A DNA stretch of 37,692 nucleotides from contig MNZO01000020.1 of assembly GCA_001873665.1 (NCBI GenBank), positions 1 through 37,692 on the forward strand, read 5' to 3'. Below are positions 9,610-19,281 of this stretch, one piece after another. A program made the translations under genes and the position numbers. Position 1 is the stretch's first letter. The number at the start of each line of letters is the position of its first letter. A model generated the notes under the pieces. The model saw nothing but the letters and a program-made list of their open reading frames with translations. It made no database searches and had not been told where the DNA came from. The stretch is from Candidatus Shapirobacteria bacterium CG2_30_35_20 (GTDB lineage: Bacteria; Patescibacteriota; Microgenomatia; UBA12405).

Positions 9610-10737
9610 ATGAAACATATTGTCAATAAACCACACATTGTCATCGATGCCCGATTATATGGTCCAAAGCATACTGGTCTAGGTCGGTATACCAAAAATT
9701 TACTTGTCGCTTTAATCAAGTTACCTAATTTTAATAAATATAAATTTACATTGTTAATCTACCCCGAACTAAAAGCCGAGATAAAAGGAGATTTGGGCAA
9801 AAATTTTAACTACTTTATCACCAATATTCGCCACTATTCTATAATCGAACAAATTTTATTGCCCATAATTTTAAAATATTTACAACCCGATTTAGTCCAT
9901 TTTACTCATATCGACAAGCCAATATTGTATTTAAACAAATCAGTTGTCACCGTCCACGACTTAATAAAATTATTTAGTAAAGGCCAAGAAACTACCACCA
10001 AATTTATTTTATTTTACTGGATAAGATATTTTGCCTACCTGCTAATGACTCATGTAATTTTAAAAACCAGTTATGTTATCGTCCCTAGTAATTTCTGGCG
10101 CGACTATATTATCAAAAAATACCAATTTAATCCCCAAAAAATTATTACTACCTACGAGGCTGTCGACCCCAATCTTTCTCCCAAAATTGTAAATTGTAAA
10201 TTGAAAATTGAAAATTATATTCTGTATACCGGCAATCTCTATCCCCATAAAAATATAAAAATTGTTTTCCAAGCTCTACAGCAATTACCCAAATTAAAAT
10301 TAAAAATAATTAGCAAAGCCAGTGTTTTTCAAAAACGTGCTGTCAATTTGGTCAAAAAATTAAATATTTCATCTCAAGTCGAATTTTTAGGTTATGTTCC
10401 TGATAATAAATTTGCCGATATTTACCAAAATGCTCTTGCCTTAGTCCATCCGGCATTTCTTGAAGGTTTTTCTCTAACTGGGCTCGAAGCTATGGCTCAA
10501 AACTGTCCCGTTATTGCCTCAAACGCCAGCTGTCTCCCCGAAGTCTATAGTGATTCAGTCCTATATTTTGATCCATCAAAACCAAATCAACTTATCAAAC
10601 AAATCAAAAATTTACAAACTAATCCAAAACTTCGTCAACAACTAATCACCAAAGGCCATCAACAAGTCGCCAAATATTCCTGGGCTACATGTGCCAAACT
10701 TACTTTGGATTTTTATAGTAAAAGTATAAGCAATTAA
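9610..10737 (+). CDS. GT4 family glycosyltransferase
   Basis: IVIDAR...TGLGRY, VVTVHD, GNLYPHKN and EGFSLTGLEAM; ATG 9610 preferred over 9568. Confidence 0.9.
   Translation: MKHIVNKPHIVIDARLYGPKHTGLGRYTKNLLVALIKLPNFNKYKFTLLIYPELKAEIKGDLGKNFNYFITNIRHYSIIEQILLPIILKYLQPDLVHFTHIDKPILYLNKSVVTVHDLIKLFSKGQETTTKFILFYWIRYFAYLLMTHVILKTSYVIVPSNFWRDYIIKKYQFNPQKIITTYEAVDPNLSPKIVNCKLKIENYILYTGNLYPHKNIKIVFQALQQLPKLKLKIISKASVFQKRAVNLVKKLNISSQVEFLGYVPDNKFADIYQNALALVHPAFLEGFSLTGLEAMAQNCPVIASNASCLPEVYSDSVLYFDPSKPNQLIKQIKNLQTNPKLRQQLITKGHQQVAKYSWATCAKLTLDFYSKSISN
10183..10216 (+). repeat. AAAATTG/TAAATTG heptamer repeat, in-frame inside the GT4 CDS
   Basis: aaaattg taaattg taaattg aaaattg aaaatt, encoding KIVNCKLKIEN. 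Confidence 0.75.
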
Positions 10738-10788
10738 TCATTTTAAATTAAAAATTGATTAAAAATTTAAAATTAAAAATTAAAAATT
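10736..10788 (+). repeat. AAAATT(A/G) heptamer repeat at a gene junction
   Basis: ttttaaattaaaaattgattaaaaatttaaaattaaaaattaaaaatt; shares the aaattgatt(a/g)aaaatt core with the copies at 33.3 and 37.5 kb. Confidence 0.7.
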
Positions 10789-11846
10789 CCCCTCGTATTG
10801 CTATCTATTACGATTGGTTAAATCAATGGGGTGGTGCTGAAAAAGTTTTATTAAACATCATAAAAATATTTCCCAATGCAGAACTTTTTACGTTATTTTA
10901 TGATAAAAATAAGTGTGATTGGTTACCCAAAAACATTAAAATCCACACCAGTTTTTTACAAAATTTACCCCAAACAAACTTTCTCACCCCCATTTACGAT
11001 ATGGCTGCCGAAAGTTTTGACTTTAAAAATTTTGATATCGTCATTTCCACAACCAGTAACGTCGGACATTGTTTACTCACTAGCCCCAATACTTTATTCG
11101 TTTGTTATTACCACAATTTAAACAGATATGTTTACATTCAACCACCCAAATTATTAATTCCACTTTTAAACATTTACAAAACAATCGATAAAATTTTAGC
11201 CAAACGACCCGATGCTACACTTTGTAATTCTTTTACTACTCAACAACGATTACTTTCTAATTTAAATATAAATTCAAAAATTATCAACCCTGGTATTGAT
11301 ACAAAATATTTTATTCCCATAAAAAACCCCACTAATGACTACTTTTTAGTTGTCGGACGACTAGTACCCCACAAAAGTGTCGATTATGTTGTTAAAACAT
11401 TTTTAACTTTAAAACAAAAGTTAATCATTGTTGGTTCTGGGCGTGACCAAAATAAATTAAAAAAAATAGCAAAAAATGCCAAAAATATTTTTTTTCTAGG
11501 TCAAGTAAACAATAACAAGTTATTATCCCTCTATCAAAATTGTTCCGCACTAATTTGCCCACAGATTGAAGATTTTGGAATCATTTCACTTGAAGCCCAA
11601 AGTTGCGGACGTCCAATAATATATTTTAATACCGGCGGAATTACTGAAACAAATATAGAAAACAAAACTGGAATTAGTTTTAACCGTCAAAATAAACAAT
11701 CGCTTTGTAATGCAATAAATAAATTTACCAAAACAAAATTTGACAACAAATTTATCAGTCAACACGCCAAAACATTTGACGAATCTATCTTCATGCTAAA
11801 CTTTAAAGAAGCAATAAATAAATTATGGAAGAACAAATCTTTGTAA
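10755..11846 (+). CDS. GT4 family glycosyltransferase (WbaZ-like mannosyltransferase type)
   Basis: IAIYYDWLNQWGGAEKVL, VGRLVPHK and EDFGIISLEAQSCGRP; start uncertain (TTG inside the repeat). Confidence 0.88.
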   Translation: MIKNLKLKIKNSPRIAIYYDWLNQWGGAEKVLLNIIKIFPNAELFTLFYDKNKCDWLPKNIKIHTSFLQNLPQTNFLTPIYDMAAESFDFKNFDIVISTTSNVGHCLLTSPNTLFVCYYHNLNRYVYIQPPKLLIPLLNIYKTIDKILAKRPDATLCNSFTTQQRLLSNLNINSKIINPGIDTKYFIPIKNPTNDYFLVVGRLVPHKSVDYVVKTFLTLKQKLIIVGSGRDQNKLKKIAKNAKNIFFLGQVNNNKLLSLYQNCSALICPQIEDFGIISLEAQSCGRPIIYFNTGGITETNIENKTGISFNRQNKQSLCNAINKFTKTKFDNKFISQHAKTFDESIFMLNFKEAINKLWKNKSL

Positions 11847-12829
11847 TCCTCTGCGGTGGTACCGGTCCCCGACTGTGGCCTCTATCTACCACTTCCCACC
11901 CTAAACAACTATTACCCATACTGTCCGACAAAAGCCTTCTTGAACAAACCATCAGTCGGCTTACCAAAGTCACCAATTCTAAAAACATTTTTATTACCGC
12001 CAGCAATCGGAATATTAATCAAATAACCAAAATTGCCAAAAAATTTATTTCATTAGACCATATTTTTATCGAACCTGACAAAAAAAATACCGCCATGGCT
12101 ATTTATTTCACCCTATCTCAGTTCTCAAATTTAGATCCAGACACAGTGGTCTCTTTTCTCCCTTCCGATCATTTTATAACCCCAATCAATAAGTTCAAAA
12201 GCGATCTCCAAAAAGTCAGCCAAATTGCGGTGGATAATAAATCAATTGTCACCATTGGTATTCATCCCACCTCGCCCAATCCTTCATTTGGTTATATTTT
12301 AAAAAATAAAAAATTTGTCGAAAAACCCAATAAAATTCAAGCCCTAAAACATATTATAAATGGCGCCCTATGGAATTCAGGAATTTATACTGCCACTATC
12401 GGCACTTTTTTATCAGAATTTATTAAATATTTTCCCAAACCAAATTATCAAAAATCAAAACCTCTTTCTTTTGATAAAGCTATATCCGAAAAAACCAAAA
12501 ATATTGACTTCATCAAAGCCTCTTTTGATTGGAGTGATGTTGGTGAGTGGGGATCAATTTATAATAAATCAAAACCAGACTTGCAACATTTGACTATCGT
12601 CAACTCTCAAACAAAATATCTATCACAAAACAGCCACCATTGCTTAATTTCATCTGAGAATCCCAACAAATTAATTGGTCTAGTTGCTGTCAGTAACCTG
12701 GCTATTATCGATACTCCAAATGCTTTATTAATCTCCACTCTCGATCAAAGTTCACAAGTCCGCGATTTAATTATCAAAATTGTCAATAATCCAAAATTAA
12801 AACATTATTTTGTCGACGATGAAAAATAA
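11825..12829 (+). CDS. manC: mannose-1-phosphate guanylyltransferase (no C-terminal cupin isomerase domain)
   Basis: ILCGGTGPRLWPLS...PKQ, PSDH, FVEKP, WNSG and WSDVGEW. Confidence 0.9.
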   Translation: MEEQIFVILCGGTGPRLWPLSTTSHPKQLLPILSDKSLLEQTISRLTKVTNSKNIFITASNRNINQITKIAKKFISLDHIFIEPDKKNTAMAIYFTLSQFSNLDPDTVVSFLPSDHFITPINKFKSDLQKVSQIAVDNKSIVTIGIHPTSPNPSFGYILKNKKFVEKPNKIQALKHIINGALWNSGIYTATIGTFLSEFIKYFPKPNYQKSKPLSFDKAISEKTKNIDFIKASFDWSDVGEWGSIYNKSKPDLQHLTIVNSQTKYLSQNSHHCLISSENPNKLIGLVAVSNLAIIDTPNALLISTLDQSSQVRDLIIKIVNNPKLKHYFVDDEK

Positions 12830-13481
12830 AATTATTCTTTATGATTTTCGAGTTGCCATTTTTCCCCTCGTCAAACGACTAATCGATATAATCAGTTCAC
12901 TACTTTTGCTCATTATTTTTTCCCCCATATTGATTATTGTTTCGGCAATTATAAAACTAACTTCTACTGGCCCAGTTATTTTCAAACAAAAACGAGTTGG
13001 TAAAAATGGTTTATTTTATATGTACAAATTTCGTTCTATGAGAATTGGTGATAATGACAAATTTTTGAAAGAGAAATATCCTGATTTGTGGATAAAATAC
13101 AAAAATAATGATTGGAAGCTATCTGTCAATGAAGACCCCCGAATTACCACTATTGGCAAAATAGTTCGTCAAACATCAATTGATGAAATGCCCCAATTTA
13201 TAAATGTTTTACGTGGTGAAATGAGCTTAGTTGGCCCTCGAGCGTATCGCAACGAAGAATTAAACGAATATGCCACAAAATACCCCAATACTCAAAAATA
13301 TATCGCCAATATTCGTTCTATCAAACCAGGAATTACCGGACCATGGCAAGTTTCTGGCCGGAACAATCTATCTTTTGAAAAAAGATCCAAACTTGATTCT
13401 GACTATGCCAACAACCGTTCAATATTAAACGAAATTATCATTATCATCAAAACTCCATTTGCTATGTTTTCTAATTGGTAA
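12819..13481 (+). CDS. bacterial sugar transferase (priming phosphoglycosyltransferase, WbaP/CpsE C-terminal type)
   Basis: KRLIDI, YKFRSM, DPRIT, SIDEMPQFINVLRGEMSLVGPR and KPGITGPWQVSGRN. Confidence 0.93.
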   Translation: MKNKIILYDFRVAIFPLVKRLIDIISSLLLLIIFSPILIIVSAIIKLTSTGPVIFKQKRVGKNGLFYMYKFRSMRIGDNDKFLKEKYPDLWIKYKNNDWKLSVNEDPRITTIGKIVRQTSIDEMPQFINVLRGEMSLVGPRAYRNEELNEYATKYPNTQKYIANIRSIKPGITGPWQVSGRNNLSFEKRSKLDSDYANNRSILNEIIIIIKTPFAMFSNW

Positions 13482-13497
13482 TTTGCTACAATATTTT

Positions 13498-15444
13498 ATG
13501 GAAATACCACAAGAGATAAATCAAAACCCTGTTATTAAACCCAATAAGTTAAAAATTACTAGCAACAAGAAACTGCGATTGATTTTGATTGTTTTTGGCA
13601 TAATTGTTGGCATTATAATTTTGCTCTCAACCATAACTTACGTTTTTGCCTATTTACCAGCTCAAAAACTATCAAATCAAATAAATCTCACCAAGATTGA
13701 AGCCGAAAAACTTAAACAAAACATTTCCGACAAAGATATCGCTAGTGCCAAAAATCAATTGATTACCATCCAGAGTAACCTTGACAAAGTATCGCAAAAT
13801 CTTTCAACATTTTCTTATTTTAATTACTTACCTTATTTAAAAAATTATTATCAAGATAGTCAAAGAATGGTTAAAATTGCCAACAATGGAGTCGAGATTG
13901 GAAACACCCTTATTAAGGCCATTGAACCATATCAAGATTTTCTCGGGCTAAAAGGTGCCGCCACCTCTAGTGCCAAAACCACCGAAGACAGGATTGCTTT
14001 TTTGACTCAATCTATTGAAAGTATTTTGCCCCATTTGGACTTAATTGAAACCAAAATTAAGGAAATCGATAAACTGCTTTCACAAATCGACATCACTAAA
14101 TATCCCGAAACTTACCAAAACTATAATCTCAAAAACATCTACAATCAATCCCGACAAGTAATTAGTAAAACCCAAAAACTCGTCTCCGATGGTCGACCAA
14201 TTCTCACCAAAAGTTCTTGGCTTCTTGGCAAAGATAAACCCCGCAATTACCTAGTTATTTTTCAAAATGACGGCGAGCTTCGCCCCAGTGGAGGTTTTTG
14301 GACTGCCTACGCCACGATTAAAATTGACAAAGGCAAGGTAATCCCCGGACCAGCCAGCAATATTTACGATCTTGATGATGCAATTTCCAGTACCACTCCC
14401 GCACCTCGAATTATTAAGTCGTACCATATCAATGTCCCCTACCTAAATCTTCGGGACAATAATTTATCTCCCGATTTTCCCACTGATGCCCAAATATTTT
14501 TAGATACCTTTTACAAAGCTACCAAGGGAAAAACTTCCTACGATGCTGTTATTGCCCTCGATACCAATGTTCTAGTTGATATGGTCACCATCCTGGGTAA
14601 ATTAGATACTCGTGTTGGCACGTTTACTACCAAACCCGACAAACGCTGTGACGGCTGTCCTAAAATTATTTATGATTTGGAATGGATTTCTGGACGCCCC
14701 AGAAATTTCATTGAAAAAAACCGCAAAGATTTTCTCGCCCCATTAATGTCAGCGCTTCTTAACAACGCCATGGGTGCCGGCAAAGATTATTTGCCAAAAC
14801 TAGGACAAGCATTTTTTACCAATATTTTTGAAAAACATATTCTGTTTTATTTTCCCGACTCCGATATGCAAAAAGCCGCCAACATGGCCAATATCTCAGG
14901 CAGTATCACCCAAACACCTCCCGAAATTGACTATCTCCATTTAAATGATGCTAATTTTGCCTCTGCTAAAAGCAATATTTTTATTACCCAAAAAATTAAA
15001 CACGAAATATCGGTTGCCAACAATAAAATAGAACATAAATTTGCCATTACTTACACCAACCCCTCCAAGGCTTCCAACTGCAATTTAGAAAAGGGGGATT
15101 TATGTCTCAATGCTGCCAAATATCGAAATTTGTTCAGATTGTATACCCCAATCGGTAGCAAATTAATCAAAATGACTGGCTCCGAAGTCGAACCAGTTCT
15201 TTACCAAGAGTTAGGCAAACAAGTTTTTGAAGGTTTTTATGGTGACAAATATCCACTTTATCCAGTATCGAGCAATAAAGTTACCATTCAATATCAAACT
15301 AGTGTTACCCCTCACAAAAACTACAATTTATTACTCCAAAAACAGCCAGGAACTAAGGCTATCCCCTACGAAATTTTTCTCAATGGTAAACTCATTGAGA
15401 CTTTTTCCTGGACAGGTGATAAAAATATAAAATTATCTCTGTGA
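13498..15444 (+). CDS. DUF4012-like membrane-anchored protein
   Basis: N-terminal TM plus helical region; YLVIFQNDGELRPSGGF and RDNNLSPDFPT; TGcTACAAT 5 nt before ATG 13498. Confidence 0.75.
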   Translation: MEIPQEINQNPVIKPNKLKITSNKKLRLILIVFGIIVGIIILLSTITYVFAYLPAQKLSNQINLTKIEAEKLKQNISDKDIASAKNQLITIQSNLDKVSQNLSTFSYFNYLPYLKNYYQDSQRMVKIANNGVEIGNTLIKAIEPYQDFLGLKGAATSSAKTTEDRIAFLTQSIESILPHLDLIETKIKEIDKLLSQIDITKYPETYQNYNLKNIYNQSRQVISKTQKLVSDGRPILTKSSWLLGKDKPRNYLVIFQNDGELRPSGGFWTAYATIKIDKGKVIPGPASNIYDLDDAISSTTPAPRIIKSYHINVPYLNLRDNNLSPDFPTDAQIFLDTFYKATKGKTSYDAVIALDTNVLVDMVTILGKLDTRVGTFTTKPDKRCDGCPKIIYDLEWISGRPRNFIEKNRKDFLAPLMSALLNNAMGAGKDYLPKLGQAFFTNIFEKHILFYFPDSDMQKAANMANISGSITQTPPEIDYLHLNDANFASAKSNIFITQKIKHEISVANNKIEHKFAITYTNPSKASNCNLEKGDLCLNAAKYRNLFRLYTPIGSKLIKMTGSEVEPVLYQELGKQVFEGFYGDKYPLYPVSSNKVTIQYQTSVTPHKNYNLLLQKQPGTKAIPYEIFLNGKLIETFSWTGDKNIKLSL

Positions 15445-16007
15445 GTCAACAATCATTTAACACTCGGGCAATTGTTGTTAATCTTAAAAACAATCAAGAG
15501 AAAAATTTACACATAACACTATTAACCCCTACCTTAGGTAAAATAGTTGCTCTTGCTGTCGGGGCAAAATCACTCAAATCATCTCGAAACCAAAGTCTTC
15601 AATTGGGTAATATTGTCAACGTCTCCCTTTACCAAAAAAACAACTACTATTGGCTAACCGAGTGCCAAAGCATCATTTCTTTTCTCCAAATCAACCATCA
15701 ATTAATTCAACTAAACCTCTTATTTTATTTTTTAGAAATTATCAAAAACTTTGCTCCTCAAAACGAGGCTTCACCACAACTTTTTGAATTATCATCAGCC
15801 GCAATTTCTAGTCTCTACCACAACCACTGGCCAAAATTCATCAAAAATCAAATTGATATATTAAACACTTTAGGTTTTGGCGCCCCAGACACTTTACAGC
15901 AAAATTATTTTGACAAAAACTATCAGCTCGCCCAACAACAATTAATATTATATTTCGAATCCATTCTCCAAAAACCCCTCGCCTCCCACCAATTGTTAAC
16001 AAAATAA
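15441..16007 (+). CDS. recO: DNA repair protein RecO (short form, no Zn finger)
   Basis: ITLLTPTLGKIVALAVGAKSLKSSR OB-fold pattern followed by a helical domain ending LGF; adjacent to glyQS. Confidence 0.8.
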   Translation: MSQQSFNTRAIVVNLKNNQEKNLHITLLTPTLGKIVALAVGAKSLKSSRNQSLQLGNIVNVSLYQKNNYYWLTECQSIISFLQINHQLIQLNLLFYFLEIIKNFAPQNEASPQLFELSSAAISSLYHNHWPKFIKNQIDILNTLGFGAPDTLQQNYFDKNYQLAQQQLILYFESILQKPLASHQLLTK

Positions 16008-16035
16008 TACACTTTTTATATTCCGCTACTAGTTT

Positions 16036-16044
16036 TGCTATAAT
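16036..16044 (+). promoter_or_regulatory. extended -10 promoter for glyQS (leaderless)
   Basis: TGCTATAAT ending 5 nt before ATG 16050. Confidence 0.6.
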
Positions 16045-16049
16045 TCTCT

Positions 16050-17369
16050 ATGTCAAAAAACAACCAAAATAATCTCACGACCAAAATAGTTTCGCTGTGT
16101 AAACGTCGTGGCATAATTTTTCAAAACAGTGAAATATATGGTGGAATCCAGGGGTTTTATGATTATGGTCCGATCGGCTCTTTAATGAAAAACAACTGGA
16201 AAAACTTATGGTTAAGAGAAAACATTCAAAAACGTGACGATGTTGTTTTAATTGATGGGTCGATTATTACCCATCCGACTGTTTGGCAAGCTTCTGGTCA
16301 TGTCAAAAATTTTGCCGATATTATGGTCGAATGCAAATCTTGCCACAAACGCTTTCGTCCCGATTTAATTGATAATGCCACAAAATGCCCGAAATGTGGG
16401 GGAGAATTTACTGAAGGTAAAAAATACAATATTTTATTTGAAACCAATGTTGGTGTTATCGAAAGTGAAAAAACACACACTTATTTACGCGGTGAAGCTT
16501 GCCAAACAATTTATCTAGACTTTAAAAACATCATCGACTCCACTCGTGTCAAAATTCCATTTGGCATTGCCCAAATTGGAAAAGCTTTTAGAAACGAAAT
16601 TACCCCAAAAAATTTCCTTTATCGCACTCGCGAATTTGAACAATGGGATATTCAATATTTTTGCCATCCCACCGATATGGACAAGTTTTATGAATATTGG
16701 AAACAAAATCGCATGGAATGGTACCAATCATTATTTAACAACAAAAAAGATTTAAGATTCCGACAGCACGAAAAAGATGAATTAGCCTTTTACGCCAAAA
16801 AGGCGTTTGACATTGAATATAATGCTCCCTGGGGCTGGGCTGAAATGGAAGGTATTCATTGGCGTTCAGATTATGATTTAACTCAACATCAAACTTTTTC
16901 AAAACAAGACTTATCTTATCGTGACCCAGTTACCAACGAAAAATATTTACCCCACATTGTCGAAACCAGTGGAGGAGTTGATCGTTCTTTTTTCTTTTTA
17001 TTACTTGACGCCTATAGAGAAGAAACTAATGAAAAAGGTGAAATACGTATTTCACTAAAAATTAATCCAAAAGTTTCTGCCTACAAAATGGCAATATTTC
17101 CATTAGCTGCCAATAAACCAGAGTTAGTTGATAAGGCTATAAATTTATACAAATCATTAAAATCAAAATATTCAGTTGATTTTGACGACAGTAGTAATAT
17201 CGGCAAAAAATATCGCCGCCATGACGAAATTGGCACCCCTTGGTGCGTCGTTGTTGATTATCAAACATTGGAAGATAAAACTATTTCTATTCGCGATCGA
17301 GACACTATGGAACAAATTCGTCTACCCATTAGCCAAATTGACGTTTGGTTGGCAAATAAACTACAATAA
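16050..17369 (+). CDS. glyQS: glycine--tRNA ligase, homodimeric (alpha2) type
   Basis: IVSLCKRRG, YDYGPIG, GKAFRNEITP, RTREFEQ and IGKKYRRHDEIGTP. Confidence 0.96.
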   Translation: MSKNNQNNLTTKIVSLCKRRGIIFQNSEIYGGIQGFYDYGPIGSLMKNNWKNLWLRENIQKRDDVVLIDGSIITHPTVWQASGHVKNFADIMVECKSCHKRFRPDLIDNATKCPKCGGEFTEGKKYNILFETNVGVIESEKTHTYLRGEACQTIYLDFKNIIDSTRVKIPFGIAQIGKAFRNEITPKNFLYRTREFEQWDIQYFCHPTDMDKFYEYWKQNRMEWYQSLFNNKKDLRFRQHEKDELAFYAKKAFDIEYNAPWGWAEMEGIHWRSDYDLTQHQTFSKQDLSYRDPVTNEKYLPHIVETSGGVDRSFFFLLLDAYREETNEKGEIRISLKINPKVSAYKMAIFPLAANKPELVDKAINLYKSLKSKYSVDFDDSSNIGKKYRRHDEIGTPWCVVVDYQTLEDKTISIRDRDTMEQIRLPISQIDVWLANKLQ

Positions 17370-17372
17370 AAT

Positions 17373-17891
17373 ATGAAAAAACAATTCTCTCTTTCTCGGT
17401 TATCTGTTATCTGTTTACTGTCATCAGTGTTTGTTCTTTCCTCTTGTGGTGCCAAAAAAACAATTTCAACTGCGACCCCCACCCCCATCCCCCGAGAATT
17501 AGTTATCACCGATGATCAAAAACCCACCATCAAGCTTACCCCACGTCAAGATGGTCACGAATTAACCCTAACCATCTCCCAGATAAACTCCTTGTTTATC
17601 AAAATAGAGTACGAATTGATATACACTGCTGTCGATGGTGGTCTGGAAATCGAAAAAGGGGTTAGTGGTAATATCGAAAGCAAAGATATACTTAATGGTA
17701 CCGCCGAAAGAAAAATATTATTAGGCACCGAAAGTTGTACCAACGGATGTAAATATAAATACGATTCTGGTATCAATGGCGGATCACTTAATTTAACCTT
17801 AATTACCGAAGACAATCAGGTAGCATCACTTGAAATGCCATTCACCCTAACTTCAAGTAAGGGTAAAAACTTTACTATCACATTTAGATAA
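17373..17891 (+). CDS. hypothetical lipoprotein
   Basis: signal peptide with LSSC lipobox, followed by a PTPIP linker. Confidence 0.75.
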   Translation: MKKQFSLSRLSVICLLSSVFVLSSCGAKKTISTATPTPIPRELVITDDQKPTIKLTPRQDGHELTLTISQINSLFIKIEYELIYTAVDGGLEIEKGVSGNIESKDILNGTAERKILLGTESCTNGCKYKYDSGINGGSLNLTLITEDNQVASLEMPFTLTSSKGKNFTITFR

Positions 17892-17893
17892 CT

Positions 17894-18742
17894 GTGAAAT
17901 ACCATATTCCAGTATTGTTGTCTGAAGTAATCACTCGATTTAATCCACAGCCAGGAAATATATATATTGATAGCACTGTTGGTCACGGTGGCCATAGTCA
18001 AGAACTACTAAGTAAAGGGGCTATCGTCTATGGTATCGACGCTGATAAAAATAATTTAACAATTACTACCGATAGAATAAATAACCCAAATTTTCACCCA
18101 ATTTTAGGTAATTTTAAAGACATAAAAAAAATCTGGCAAAAATATATCAACGCTCCCGTCGACGGTATTCTCGCTGATTTAGGGCTTAGCAATAATCAAC
18201 AAAGTCAAGAAGGTAGGGGGTTTTCCTTTAACGATAGTCAATCTCTTGATATGCGTCTTGACCCTAATACCCAAGAAACTTCTGCCAAAGATATCATTAA
18301 TAGTTATGACGAAACTCAACTATATTTACTATTTTCCAAAATCGCTCAAGAACAATTTGCCCTCCCCCTAGCCCAAAAAATTATCACCTCTCGACAACAA
18401 TCAACCATTAAAACCGGAAAGCAACTAGCCGATATTATTCATGAGTATTATCAATCAAGACATATTCGAAAAGCGATTGACCCCGCCACCAAAATTTTTA
18501 TGGCTCTACGCATCGAAACCAATAATGAATTTGAAAATCTAAATATCTTTCTTAATGACAGTCAAAAAATAATTAAAACAAACGGAATTATTGCCATTAT
18601 TTCTTTTCACTCGAGCGAAGACCGAATTGTTAAAAATTTTATTAAAAAAAATAATTTTACGACCATTCGTTTTTTGCCAACCAAAGATGAAATAAAAACT
18701 AACCATCTCTCCCGCTCCGCCGTTCTTAGAGTTTACAGCTAA
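17894..18742 (+). CDS. rsmH: 16S rRNA m4C1402 methyltransferase
   Basis: HIPVLL, DSTVGHGGHS, DLGLS, LDMR, ISFHSSEDRIVK and SRSAVLR; GTG start. Confidence 0.95.
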   Translation: MKYHIPVLLSEVITRFNPQPGNIYIDSTVGHGGHSQELLSKGAIVYGIDADKNNLTITTDRINNPNFHPILGNFKDIKKIWQKYINAPVDGILADLGLSNNQQSQEGRGFSFNDSQSLDMRLDPNTQETSAKDIINSYDETQLYLLFSKIAQEQFALPLAQKIITSRQQSTIKTGKQLADIIHEYYQSRHIRKAIDPATKIFMALRIETNNEFENLNIFLNDSQKIIKTNGIIAIISFHSSEDRIVKNFIKKNNFTTIRFLPTKDEIKTNHLSRSAVLRVYS

Positions 18743-19017
18743 GCTACTGCCAATATTTGTTCAATTTTTGCGACCTTAACTTCAAGATTGTCAAATTCAT
18801 CACTGGTCGGGGCATCATCTTCGAGATATGCCAGTGATTTCCCCAGTTTATCAATTCGGTCATTAACTCCTTTAAATCCTTTATCCATTTTTTTATCTAA
18901 ACCATCCATTCTATCGCTGAGTTTTTTATCAAGTTTATCAATTCTTGCTAACAAGTCGCCTCTCATAGTACTCTGGCCATTAACCAACATTTGAAACATT
19001 TTTTGAATATCGTCCAT
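18739..19017 (-). CDS. small hypothetical coiled-coil protein
   Basis: 92 aa with repeated RIDKLDKK/RMDGLDKK; fills the rsmH-ftsL gap, and its stop overlaps the rsmH stop. Confidence 0.7.
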   Translation of the reverse strand: MDDIQKMFQMLVNGQSTMRGDLLARIDKLDKKLSDRMDGLDKKMDKGFKGVNDRIDKLGKSLAYLEDDAPTSDEFDNLEVKVAKIEQILAVA

Positions 19018-19083
19018 ACCATTACTCTAAAGTATTTTTTCTGTTAACGCAATGACATACACACCATACTATACTATTAATAT

Positions 19084-19281
19084 ATGCCCAACCGAATTTT
19101 ACTCACCGTCACCCTTAGCCTGTTTTTTTTTCAATTAGCATTTTCGATAATCTATTCCAATATTATCATCAAAATAAACCAAACGTTTTTTGAAAAAAAC
19201 AAAGTTTACACCAATTTATCATCAGTTAATCAGAATTTAGAACTCCAATATGTCCAAAAATACGCCATCAACCAACAATAA
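19084..19281 (+). CDS. ftsL: FtsL-like small bitopic cell division protein
   Basis: single TM plus short coiled-coil; canonical position between rsmH and the PBP gene. Confidence 0.5.
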   Translation: MPNRILLTVTLSLFFFQLAFSIIYSNIIIKINQTFFEKNKVYTNLSSVNQNLELQYVQKYAINQQ

